Assembly: GCA_913020145.1 (NCBI GenBank)
Contig: CAJWAI010000003.1
Span: 1,243 to 65,242 of the forward strand
Direction: 5' to 3'
Source of the DNA: an uncultured Gammaproteobacteria bacterium
Lineage (GTDB): Bacteria; Pseudomonadota; Gammaproteobacteria; Magnimaribacterales; TMED112
DNA: 64,000 nucleotides
Under the pieces are notes generated by a model. It did not search any database, had not been told where the DNA came from, and saw only the letters and a list, made by a program, of their open reading frames with translations. How positions within the stretch are numbered: the stretch's first letter is position 1; the number at the start of each line of letters is the position of its first letter. Shown here piece by piece: positions 43,097 to 52,267 of this stretch. The translations under genes were made by a program, and so were the position numbers.

Positions 43097-46057
43097 TTAG
43101 TATGTAAATCTCAAATCGACGTAGAAGTTTCTTCTTAGATTATTATCTAAATCTTCAAAGTAACCCATTCTAGAAGAAGCTAAAGGAGCTCTTTCGTCTT
43201 CTAGGTTGTTTACGCCCATTCTTATTCTTAGATCACTTTCAGCAAAATTTGTGTAGTAATCTGTATACAAGTTCATTGTCTTATGCGGTGCTACGCCCCA
43301 CATTGCGCCTGCAGATGAAAGAGTTCTGTCTTCCCAAACAGTACTTCTAGCATTCTGATTCCATCCAACAGCCCAATCGCCACGTCTAAATCTAAGAGAA
43401 GTATAAGTTTTTCTCTTCGGCGCACCGTTTATAGCAAGAAGGTTTCCATAACCATCAATTGCTGTTAGTGGAACAGTTCCTGCATCCATAGCTTCATCTA
43501 TTGATGCTAGTTCAGCACCATAGCCTTGTGATTTATGAGTAAGCATTGAGATCTGATGCTTGAATGACCATGTGCCATTAAATGGCCACATTGATTCCCA
43601 ATCCAAGTAGAGACCTGCATCCCAACCTTCAACTGTTCTAGCAGCTAAGTTGGCATACTTGTCTTCAACTCTTTCTGCTAAACCAAATGGACAAATACCA
43701 GCATCTAAGAAAGTTTGAGGGTTGTCTGGTGCTTGTCTTACTACAGCTGGGTTACCAACTACAGCAGCACAATTTGAAAGATCATTTTGTTGTAATCTTA
43801 ATAGTAGGTCATACAACATATGGTTCTCTTCACCAAACAATCCAATAGTGTTGGTTGATTCAATAGACCATAGATCATAAGTCAATGTTAAGGCATCAAA
43901 CTCTAGAACCATACCAATAGTAGTATTTTCTGACTCTTCAGCTTTTAGTGCGCTACTACCTGTAGCAGCTCTTTGAACAGCATATCTACCATCAGAATCA
44001 TCAGTATCAGCACCAAGAGCAATTGCATACTTAGTAGCAGCATCATTTCTGGTATTGTTTCTAACAACTAGACTTTCGTTGATTGTAATTAAGTTAGGAG
44101 CTCTAAAAGTATCTTGTGTTGATCCTCTAAATTTAAGAATATCAGACACTCTCCAACCAAAAGCCAATCTTGGAACTTCTGTACCTTCAAAGTCTGAATA
44201 TGCTTCAGCTCTGTAAGCAAGCTGTAAATCAAGTTGCTGAATGAAAGGAACCTTTTGCTCAGGACTTACTACAGGAACATCTAATTCTAAGTAGTAGGAG
44301 TTAACTGTTCTATTACCACTGCCATCAGGTGTTGGACTACTATTTACAACATCTGAAACATAAGGGTATGTATCGCCAGCACTTGTTGAAAGACTGCCGC
44401 TAGTTTTTCTTTCAGTAAAGACAATAGTTCCATCAAGTCTTGGGTCTCTATCGTCCCTGAAGGAATCACTTCTAAATTCATAACCAACTGCAACTCCTAT
44501 CCAACCTGCTTTAGTTTCAAAAACATTAGGATTTGAAAATCTCATATCAAAGGTTGTCATAGTTCTTTCATTGTTTCTAAATACGTCTACGACTGCAGGA
44601 CCAATTCCGCCTGGAGTTAAGTCAACAGGATTATGAGATACTCTAGGACTTGTATATACTCCGCCACCATTGAAGGGGTTGTAAGCGTTAGCTCCAGTGG
44701 CTTGTAATAGTTGGTCAATTAAAGTATTTGAAACTCTGTTATGAGTAACATCTTCTGCTTCAGCAGTTGAGTATGATACTGCAGATTCCCAATCCCATCC
44801 TGCTTCAGTAACGCCTCTAAGACCCATTAACATTCTATTGGTCTCTTTATCGTTATCGACAATTCTTGGTCCAGCATCAACAAATCTATAGTTATCCATT
44901 AAAAGTGCTTTACCAGTAAAGTTATAAGGGTTCGTAGCTGGAACTACGTGTTTTACAGATGAGAAAGGAGCAGAGGAGTGCCTATTACCATTATATTCAC
45001 TTCTATACTGACCAAATTCTGCAAATGCTTCACGTCCATCACCTAAGTCATGGTTAATGAAAAGGAAAGTATTATGTCTTTGAACATCACCTAGAACATC
45101 TCTTTGTCCATTCCAGTTATGGATAAGGTTGCCGGCTGTATCTTTAGCAGCACAAACACCATTTCCTAAATTTAGTACACAATCAGGGTCTCCAGCAGGG
45201 TAAATTAAGAACTCACCTGAACCATCTGTATAAGCAGCAGTACCACTCATATCAAATTGTCCCCATGCTGAGTTAGATGAACATCTATAGAAAGCACTAT
45301 TAAACTGATCTGGAACTAGATCATCATAATCACATCTACCCATGATTTCATCTTCAGCAGCTGCAACTCTGTCTCTGTCATAAAAACTAAAAAACATTGA
45401 AACATTAGTTTTTCCACCATTAAAGTCTTGACCCCATTTCATTGAGAATTTATGGTCATCACGATTAAAGTGTTGCCAGTTCTGGAATCTTCCTCTCATC
45501 TCGAAACCTACAAAATCTGTTTCAAGAACATTGTTTACAACACCAGCAACAGCATCGGAACCATAAACAGCTCCTGCACCATCTCTAAGTATTTCAACTC
45601 TATCTACTAGAGATACTGGTATATTGTTTGAATTTACTGTGGCGACTGGAACATAACTTCCACCTACTTCTTCCGTTTGGTATGAAGGAGTAGAAATCAT
45701 TCTTCTACCATTCAATAGGACAAGTGTATTACCTGTACCTAGAGATCTGATATCAAACGCACCTACGTCACCTCTTGAAGCGTTAACACCTCCGCCGTTT
45801 GAACCGACGTCGTTAAACTGGTTAACACCTTGTTCTGTAATAGTTGCTAAAAGCTCATCACCAGAATTGACACCTCTATCATCGATATCATCCTTGGTAA
45901 TAACCGTAACCGGCAAAGCTTCATTAATTCTGGCGCCTTTAATTTGCGTACCAGTAACAACCACTTCTTCTACATCATTACTGTCATCTGCTTCCTGTGC
46001 ATTCACAGAAAAAACGACAGCACACATTAATAAAATTAAATATTTAATCTTGGTCAT
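43097..46057 (-). CDS. TonB-dependent receptor
   Basis: 986 aa. Signal peptide, EEVVVTGTQIKG plug start, VDRVEILRDGAGAVYGSDAVAGVVNNVL, C-terminal RFTY. Confidence 0.93.
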   Translation of the reverse strand: MTKIKYLILLMCAVVFSVNAQEADDSNDVEEVVVTGTQIKGARINEALPVTVITKDDIDDRGVNSGDELLATITEQGVNQFNDVGSNGGGVNASRGDVGAFDIRSLGTGNTLVLLNGRRMISTPSYQTEEVGGSYVPVATVNSNNIPVSLVDRVEILRDGAGAVYGSDAVAGVVNNVLETDFVGFEMRGRFQNWQHFNRDDHKFSMKWGQDFNGGKTNVSMFFSFYDRDRVAAAEDEIMGRCDYDDLVPDQFNSAFYRCSSNSAWGQFDMSGTAAYTDGSGEFLIYPAGDPDCVLNLGNGVCAAKDTAGNLIHNWNGQRDVLGDVQRHNTFLFINHDLGDGREAFAEFGQYRSEYNGNRHSSAPFSSVKHVVPATNPYNFTGKALLMDNYRFVDAGPRIVDNDKETNRMLMGLRGVTEAGWDWESAVSYSTAEAEDVTHNRVSNTLIDQLLQATGANAYNPFNGGGVYTSPRVSHNPVDLTPGGIGPAVVDVFRNNERTMTTFDMRFSNPNVFETKAGWIGVAVGYEFRSDSFRDDRDPRLDGTIVFTERKTSGSLSTSAGDTYPYVSDVVNSSPTPDGSGNRTVNSYYLELDVPVVSPEQKVPFIQQLDLQLAYRAEAYSDFEGTEVPRLAFGWRVSDILKFRGSTQDTFRAPNLITINESLVVRNNTRNDAATKYAIALGADTDDSDGRYAVQRAATGSSALKAEESENTTIGMVLEFDALTLTYDLWSIESTNTIGLFGEENHMLYDLLLRLQQNDLSNCAAVVGNPAVVRQAPDNPQTFLDAGICPFGLAERVEDKYANLAARTVEGWDAGLYLDWESMWPFNGTWSFKHQISMLTHKSQGYGAELASIDEAMDAGTVPLTAIDGYGNLLAINGAPKRKTYTSLRFRRGDWAVGWNQNARSTVWEDRTLSSAGAMWGVAPHKTMNLYTDYYTNFAESDLRIRMGVNNLEDERAPLASSRMGYFEDLDNNLRRNFYVDLRFTY

Positions 46058-46173
46058 ATTGAGACCCCCCTCATTATTAGTTTATTTAACTAGAAAACAT
46101 TGTATTTTTCAAGTTTTAAAACACATTGAATTAATTTAAAACAAAGGTGTTTAGCCATCTTAAATTTTGATTT

Positions 46174-46866
46174 ATGACTTTTTTTCATCCATTAAGCTAT
46201 ACTCAGAAGCTTGAGGAGAAAATTATGAAGAATTTTATATTAAAAATAGTAGGACTCATACTTGTTTTAGTTACGCTTACAGCTTGTGGCGGAGGAAACG
46301 TCAATATGGTAAAAACTGGTGTATTTAATGACTATCAGGGCACTACTGTTGGAGACGCATTTGACAGTTGGAGTATGTGTGAAAACACTTCTTGGACCGA
46401 ATTTCAAACAGAAAATGGTAGAAATATTGTGGAGTATAAGTGTAATGCATCTACACAAGGCTATGACAATTTAATTAATGTACTCAATAGTTTTGATGCA
46501 GCCGTTATAGAGAGTATAACTGAAACGATATGTGCGCCAATTGCAATAGCTCAGCTATATTCAGGTGGACCAGCATGTAAATTTACAATGAAAAGACTCA
46601 AAAGTGTTCTTAGAGATGGAATAACTTATACAGTACAATTTCAAGTAAACCTAGATGATAGCTTTGAAATTTCATATTTGGGAGCTTCAAGCCCTAATGT
46701 TGGAGAAATTAGTTTATGGGAAGCTGATATATTGACTCCAGTAGATTTTTTAGATTATGTCATGTATAACAATGCATACTTGAATGAAACATCAACAGGC
46801 GGACCAGTAGATATTATATCAAGTAATATAGCGACTCTTGGCGATATGGAGCTATTGAATAGATAA
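46174..46866 (+). CDS. Hypothetical lipoprotein, divergent from the TonB receptor
   Basis: The likely true start is the ATG at 46225, preceded by GAGGAG, giving MKNFILKIVGLILVLVTLTACGG (lipobox). It has several Cys and no recognisable domain. Confidence 0.6.
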   Translation: MTFFHPLSYTQKLEEKIMKNFILKIVGLILVLVTLTACGGGNVNMVKTGVFNDYQGTTVGDAFDSWSMCENTSWTEFQTENGRNIVEYKCNASTQGYDNLINVLNSFDAAVIESITETICAPIAIAQLYSGGPACKFTMKRLKSVLRDGITYTVQFQVNLDDSFEISYLGASSPNVGEISLWEADILTPVDFLDYVMYNNAYLNETSTGGPVDIISSNIATLGDMELLNR

Positions 46867-46881
46867 ATTAAACTATAGATA

Positions 46882-46957
46882 GGGGCCATAGCTCAGCTGG
46901 GAGAGCGCAACGCTGGCAGTGTTGAGGTCAGGGGTTCGATCCCCCTTGGCTCCACCA
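46882..46957 (+). tRNA. tRNA-Ala (anticodon GGC)
   Basis: Acceptor GGGGCCA/TGGCTCC with the G3-U70 identity pair, anticodon loop CTGGCAG, T arm AGGGG-TTCGATC-CCCCT, ACCA. Confidence 0.95.
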
Positions 46958-46965
46958 TTTAAAAT

Positions 46966-47445
46966 ATGGAAATATCATTTATTGGCTGGATTCATACTAT
47001 TTTAGGTACTCTAGCGATTTTTGTAGCAGTTTTTATAATCGCAACAAAAGGCTTTATCAGTGCAAAGAATTTATTAGGCAAATTTTATTTAGTTGCAACG
47101 GCGATAACTGCAGCTACCGCACTAATGCTATATCAAAACGGAGGTTTTAATCTCGCCCATCTTTTAGCCGTCTTTACTTTAATTGCTATTTTATTAGGAT
47201 TGGCCTCCGAGGAATATAATATTTTTGGTTTCTCAAAGTATATTCAAGCAATGTCATACACTGGGAGCATTCTTTTTCATTTGATACCCGGCATTGCTGA
47301 AGTAAATAAGAGATTACCTTTAGATAATCCCATGGGCCTTTCTGTAGATGATCCTATAAATATTTGTTATTACCTGATTTTCACTATAGTTTGTGGAGTA
47401 ACAATTCTGATTCAATGGATCTATATTTGGAAGAATAAAGCTTAG
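46966..47445 (+). CDS. Integral membrane protein, unknown function
   Basis: 159 aa with 4-5 hydrophobic segments. The ATG lies 8 nt after tRNA-Ala. Confidence 0.5.
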   Translation: MEISFIGWIHTILGTLAIFVAVFIIATKGFISAKNLLGKFYLVATAITAATALMLYQNGGFNLAHLLAVFTLIAILLGLASEEYNIFGFSKYIQAMSYTGSILFHLIPGIAEVNKRLPLDNPMGLSVDDPINICYYLIFTIVCGVTILIQWIYIWKNKA

Positions 47446-47849
47446 TTATTTTTTTTCCACAATGAGTGTAAGAAATAGAACCAAAAACCGTTGAGAATAG
47501 GTTCAATAATGGCATCTACAGCAGCATCACTAAAAGAAACATTAAAAATAAAAGATGCCCACAATGTTGCAATACAAAAGTGCCCTAAAGTATAAATAGA
47601 CGTAAGAGATAATGTGCCTAATGAATTCTTTGCAATTCTATGAAGTAAGTAAAACCAGAAACCATTAATTATCGGTTCAATAATGGCATCTGCTGCCGCT
47701 AGAGAAAAAGATGCATTAAAAATTAAAGTTGCGCAGGCCCAAGCAATGATGATATGCCCAATTGTGTAAACTATTGCTAACCCTAAGCTGCCAACTTCTT
47801 TTATTCTGGAGTTAAGCTCTTTTTTTGCTGATAGTATTAGTTCAGTCAT
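47442..47849 (-). CDS. Membrane protein made of two tandem DUF2061-like halves
   Basis: 135 aa. The halves IGHIIIAWACATLIFNASFSLAAADAIIEPIINGFWFYLLHRIAKN and LGHFCIATLWASFIFNVSFSDAAVDAIIEPILNGFWFYFLHSLWKK are clearly homologous. Confidence 0.6.
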   Translation of the reverse strand: MTELILSAKKELNSRIKEVGSLGLAIVYTIGHIIIAWACATLIFNASFSLAAADAIIEPIINGFWFYLLHRIAKNSLGTLSLTSIYTLGHFCIATLWASFIFNVSFSDAAVDAIIEPILNGFWFYFLHSLWKKNN

Positions 47850-47855
47850 CGAAGT

Positions 47856-48599
47856 TTAATTGTATTGCTTTTTGTGCTCTAAGTAAGCTTTCCAAGCAAT
47901 TTCTTGTAGAAATGTTAAATCTTTTTCAGAAATTTGGTTTAGATAATTATATTTAAGTCCTTCAGGAGAGGAATTTGTAATCATAGAAAATACTACATAA
48001 GAACCTAAGTAGGTTCCTAGCAGTCCAGGATGAGTTCCATCTGGATGATGCAACATTATATTGGGTCTTTCCTTGTATGCCATTTCATAGGCTATTCCTA
48101 CAGGAGCAACTTTAGAATTACTTTTCTTTCCTGCATCGTAATAGGCCAGTTTTATTTTTTTAATTAAATTTTTCTCATATCTAGGATCGTTATCAAGATA
48201 GGCGTGAGTCATATATAAAGCTGTTTGTATTCCAATTTTTTGGGCTTTTTTGCTGTAATTCACAGCTGTATCTGTAAATATAGACCTTAATTCTGAGGTA
48301 GTAACCTCCTTGCTACCACCTTGCATGATCAGTAAATCTATTTGTCGATCTAGTTGAAGGTTTTTGTAATCGAGTAAGTGCTCAATATTATGGTTATTTA
48401 ATCTAGAACCTCCAATTGTTGCTGATTTTGTGATGATGTCTTCATCATCATAGTATTCGATAAGCATCCTCTCTACATGATTATGAACACTATCGTTATA
48501 ATAGAGATAACTATTACCTACAAATAAAATTCTTTTTGGGTATTCAGCAAGCAATAGATTAGACAATAGAATTATTAAAAAAATTTTTAAATATTTCAT
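47856..48599 (-). CDS. Secreted SGNH/GDSL-like hydrolase (tentative)
   Basis: Signal peptide. ILFVGNSYLYYN resembles SGNH block I (GNS in place of GDS). HPDGTHPG lies near the C-terminus. Confidence 0.45.
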   Translation of the reverse strand: MKYLKIFLIILLSNLLLAEYPKRILFVGNSYLYYNDSVHNHVERMLIEYYDDEDIITKSATIGGSRLNNHNIEHLLDYKNLQLDRQIDLLIMQGGSKEVTTSELRSIFTDTAVNYSKKAQKIGIQTALYMTHAYLDNDPRYEKNLIKKIKLAYYDAGKKSNSKVAPVGIAYEMAYKERPNIMLHHPDGTHPGLLGTYLGSYVVFSMITNSSPEGLKYNYLNQISEKDLTFLQEIAWKAYLEHKKQYN

Positions 48600-49018
48600 G
48601 CCTTTATGTTCTTATGCATAGCAGTAAATACAATTTTAGAAATTAAATTTCCCATCTCATCTTCTATTTTTACATCCCATATAGATGTGGTCTTTCCTAA
48701 GTGATTAGGAGAAGCAGTGGCATATACGAAACCTTCGGTAATGCTTTTTATATGGTTTGCTGTCAGACTCAAGCCAACGACCGTTTTCTTGCTAGGGTCT
48801 ACAGTTAAATATGCAGCACAACTAGCTGTACTTTCTGCAATAACACATGAAGCACCACCATGAAGCAGACCTAAAGGCTGACGAGTTTTTTCATTTACAG
48901 GCATTTTCGCTTTTAAAAAATCATTCCCTAGTTCAACAAATTCAATTTCTAAAAGCTTGTCTATATTTATTGAGGAACGAAAATCTTCAATTTTATAGTT
49001 TTTAAACCATATGCTCAT
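48596..49018 (-). CDS. PaaI/EntH-type hotdog-fold thioesterase
   Basis: 140 aa. NEKTRQPLGLLHGGASCVIAESTAS is the classic YbdB/PaaI motif. Confidence 0.8.
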   Translation of the reverse strand: MSIWFKNYKIEDFRSSINIDKLLEIEFVELGNDFLKAKMPVNEKTRQPLGLLHGGASCVIAESTASCAAYLTVDPSKKTVVGLSLTANHIKSITEGFVYATASPNHLGKTTSIWDVKIEDEMGNLISKIVFTAMHKNIKA

Positions 49019-49242
49019 AGAGGCATTATATCGAATTAGAAAATATAAACATTATTATCAAAATCAATAAAATAGCTAATAAAAAAGGATAATTTTTTCT
49101 ATAAACAGCAAAAAAAACTTACAAATACACGTTTTTTACAAAAAAAATATGACTATTAACTAAAAAAGGCATAAAATATATTTAAATTAATTATCGCTGC
49201 CTAGATCAGAATGTCTGGCCCAACTTCCATTCTGCAATACAA

Positions 49243-50592
49243 CTAGGTAGCGATTTTTTTTCTTAGGGCTATTTGTTCTTTTGTAAAATTTAATGTTGAA
49301 CTTGGATTATTTTGTTGAACATCAACACATAAATTTTGATGGCTTTTGTCTACTGGAAGCCAAGGCTCGTTATTAGAGAAACCAAAATTTTGTAATTTAG
49401 ATTTCCAAGGTATAGGAATTCTACAGCCATCCCTACCTTTAAATTCTGGCCAGAAGTTTTTTCCAAAGGGATCTTGTATATAGTCATATTCAACATCAGA
49501 CTCTAGTAATCCTAGTTCCTCGCCTTGATAAATACAGATATTGCCTTTCAGTCCAAGCAGTTTTTCCATAATTATTTGTGGGTCTTTATTTACTCTGCTA
49601 GCAATACGTTTTGAATCATGATTACTAAATGCCCAACATGGCCATGATTTAGGGTGATTTTTAAAGAAATTTTCTACTACACCATCTATGGTTTCAAAAT
49701 TAACATCTTCTGATAGAAATTCGAAGCAGTATGCCATATGAAGTCTTTTTTCATTAGTGTAATCACCAATAGTCTCAAGAGGATCCTCAGAAACAATCTC
49801 CCCTATGGAAATAGCATCATATTTATCTAGTAGGCCTCTAATTTTTTCCAAGTAAGGAATAACTTCCGGTCTGGTATTGTCATATGCATGAATTTGTAAG
49901 CCATAAGGATTGTCTTTATTGAAACCAAGAGGACGTACTAATTCAGGGTCTTTAGAGGGATTATTTCGCAGTTCTTTATCGTGAAATAAAAAGTTGATAA
50001 CATCAAACCTGAAACCATCTACACCAAACTTAAGCCAGTATTCAATCTCTTCAAGCATTTGATTTTGAACTTCTTCATTGTGAAAATTTAGATCAGGTTG
50101 CGATGTAAGAAAATTATGTAAATAGTATTGTTCACGATTTTCATTCCACTCCCATGAGCTGCCACCAAATACTGATAACCAATTATTAGGGGCGACATGC
50201 GACCTTCCATCTTGCCAGACATACCAATCTGAAAATTTGTTTTCCTTGGATTCTTTACTTTTTTTAAACCATTCATGTTGATCAGAAGTATGACTTAACA
50301 CGAGGTCAGTAATAACTTTTAAATTTTTATTATGAAATATGTCTAACAGCTTTTTGAAATCCTCATTTGAGCCAAAGAGAGTATCTACTTTTCTGTAATC
50401 AGAGACATCATAGCCAAAGTCTTTTTGCGGCGACTTAAAAAAAGGAGATATCCATACATAGTCAACTCCTAGATCAGAGATGTAATCAATTTTCTTGGTA
50501 ATTCCATTTAAATCACCAACCCCATTACCAGATGTGTCTAAAAAACTTCTTGGATATATTTGGTAGATAATTTTATTTTTCCAATCGTCCAT
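49243..50592 (-). CDS. GH13 alpha-glucosidase / oligo-1,6-glucosidase-like, apparently lacking the C-terminal domain
   Basis: 449 aa. IYQIYPRSF, GDLNGI, GVDYVWISPFFKSP, DLVLSHTS, GFRFDVINF, GEIV, FSNHDSKR (GH13 regions I-IV). The ORF ends right after the LRKK helix that normally precedes an approximately 80-90 aa domain C. Confidence 0.75.
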   Translation of the reverse strand: MDDWKNKIIYQIYPRSFLDTSGNGVGDLNGITKKIDYISDLGVDYVWISPFFKSPQKDFGYDVSDYRKVDTLFGSNEDFKKLLDIFHNKNLKVITDLVLSHTSDQHEWFKKSKESKENKFSDWYVWQDGRSHVAPNNWLSVFGGSSWEWNENREQYYLHNFLTSQPDLNFHNEEVQNQMLEEIEYWLKFGVDGFRFDVINFLFHDKELRNNPSKDPELVRPLGFNKDNPYGLQIHAYDNTRPEVIPYLEKIRGLLDKYDAISIGEIVSEDPLETIGDYTNEKRLHMAYCFEFLSEDVNFETIDGVVENFFKNHPKSWPCWAFSNHDSKRIASRVNKDPQIIMEKLLGLKGNICIYQGEELGLLESDVEYDYIQDPFGKNFWPEFKGRDGCRIPIPWKSKLQNFGFSNNEPWLPVDKSHQNLCVDVQQNNPSSTLNFTKEQIALRKKIAT

Positions 50593-50644
50593 AATTAATT
50601 TTATTGAGTATTGCCTTTATCAATTATAGGTATACATTAATTAT

Positions 50645-52267
50645 ATGAATAGTTTGGATTACTTAATTGTAGGTTTATATGCTGTAAGTTTAATTGCCAT
50701 AGCTACTTATGTTTCCATCTCAAAAAAAGGCGAAAAGAAAACAGCAGAAGACTATTTTTTAGCAGGAAGATCATTGCCTTGGTGGGCTATAGGCGCTTCT
50801 CTCATAGCTGCAAACATATCATCAGATCAACTTATAGGCATGAATGGAGATGCTTATGCATTTGGCATAGCAATTGCTACATATGAATGGACAGCAGCAG
50901 TAGCATTAATTGTCATAGGTAAATTTTTATTACCGGTGTATTTAAAGCAGCAAGTTTTTACTATGCCGCAATTATTACTACAACGTTTTGATAAAAGAGT
51001 AAGCACTATGCTGGCTATCTTGATGCTCATTATGTATGTGATGGTTATTTTGCCAGTCGTACTTTGGATGGGGGCCAAGGCTATAAATAATCTTACAGGT
51101 TTAGATCTTATCTTATCGATGATTCTTTTAGGCGCTTTATCTCTTGCTTATTCCTTATATGGGGGTCTCAAATCTGTGGCTATGACAGATATTATTCAAG
51201 TAGCTTTACTAGTTTTCTCTGGCTTATATGTTTCTTACTTAGGTTTAAATGCTATTTCTGATGGAAATGGAGTCATAGAAGGCTTCATGATGCTTCAAAG
51301 TGAATTTCCAGAAAAGTTTGATGCCATTTTATCTTATACACCAAAGGCAGAAGACCCAGAAGCATATGCAAATTATGTAAAGCTCCCTGGCATTTGGGTA
51401 TTAATTGGTGGTCTTTGGATTGGACATTTCTATTATTGGGGCACTAACCAATACATTACTCAAAGAGCGCTTGGTGCAAAAAGCTTAAATGAAGCTCAGA
51501 ACGGATTGATGTTCGCAGGAGTACTTAAAATTTTCATGCCAATAGTTGTTGTTTTGCCAGGCCTAATTGCTGTAGCGCTTGAAGGAAGCCCTAATTTCCC
51601 TTCGTTGATCAACCCTGAGAATAACGAGGTTGATAGAACGAATGCTTATCCTTCCATGTTGTCATTGTTGCCAAATGGAATGTTAGGTCTTGCATTTGCT
51701 GCGCTGATTGCTGCAATTGTTTCTTCTTTAGCATCACTATCAAATAGCGTTAGCACAATCTTTACTATGGATATTTATAGAAAAGATCAAGATATCAATA
51801 ATCCAAGCTTAGTAAATATCGGTAGAGCAGCAGGATTGGCAGGCCTAGTGGTTTCTATTATTGTGGCTCCAATATTTCTTGGAAGTCTGCCTTCAGCTTT
51901 TCAATATGTTCAGGAATATATGGGGCTTTTTAGCCCAGTAATTTTGTTTGTATTTTTATCAGCAATTTTTGTTAGGACCTCTAACTCAAGATCTGTTTTA
52001 ATTGGTTCAATTGCCGGTCTTATTTCAGGTGTGGCTATGAAATTGTATGTCCTCAATGTTGAAGAAGCACTAATAGAACCTTTTTTCCATCAAATGCTAG
52101 TTTCATTTGGAGTAGCTTTTATATTTAGCTATTTATTTTCTGGTTCAAAGACCAATCAAAAAGTTTTTCAATTTTCAAACGAAGATTTTAGAACTTCGAA
52201 ACTTTTCAATGCAGGATCAATATTTATTATTGTAATGCTGGTGTTTATCTATACCACTTACTTTTAA
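50645..52267 (+). CDS. Sodium:solute symporter (SSF/SGLT family)
   Basis: 540 aa. DYFLAGRSLPWWAIGASLIAANISSDQLIGMNG, GGLKSVAMTDIIQ, WGTNQYITQRALGAKS. Confidence 0.88.
   Translation: MNSLDYLIVGLYAVSLIAIATYVSISKKGEKKTAEDYFLAGRSLPWWAIGASLIAANISSDQLIGMNGDAYAFGIAIATYEWTAAVALIVIGKFLLPVYLKQQVFTMPQLLLQRFDKRVSTMLAILMLIMYVMVILPVVLWMGAKAINNLTGLDLILSMILLGALSLAYSLYGGLKSVAMTDIIQVALLVFSGLYVSYLGLNAISDGNGVIEGFMMLQSEFPEKFDAILSYTPKAEDPEAYANYVKLPGIWVLIGGLWIGHFYYWGTNQYITQRALGAKSLNEAQNGLMFAGVLKIFMPIVVVLPGLIAVALEGSPNFPSLINPENNEVDRTNAYPSMLSLLPNGMLGLAFAALIAAIVSSLASLSNSVSTIFTMDIYRKDQDINNPSLVNIGRAAGLAGLVVSIIVAPIFLGSLPSAFQYVQEYMGLFSPVILFVFLSAIFVRTSNSRSVLIGSIAGLISGVAMKLYVLNVEEALIEPFFHQMLVSFGVAFIFSYLFSGSKTNQKVFQFSNEDFRTSKLFNAGSIFIIVMLVFIYTTYF

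Noticed and set aside
33822-46057. Visibly higher GC in the two TonB receptor genes, proteorhodopsin and hupB as evidence of horizontal transfer
   Set aside because: The same shift occurs in hupB, a core highly expressed gene. It is better explained by expression-linked codon bias and Gly/Ala-rich composition. I therefore did not use GC as support for the proteorhodopsin islet, which rests on the repeat only.
46958-49242. Genomic island downstream of tRNA-Ala (five small accessory-looking genes ending at the AT-rich tract)
   Set aside because: I found no repeat of the tRNA-Ala 3' end (GGCTCCACCA) in 49019-49242 or elsewhere nearby. There is also no integrase or mobility gene, so the evidence is insufficient.
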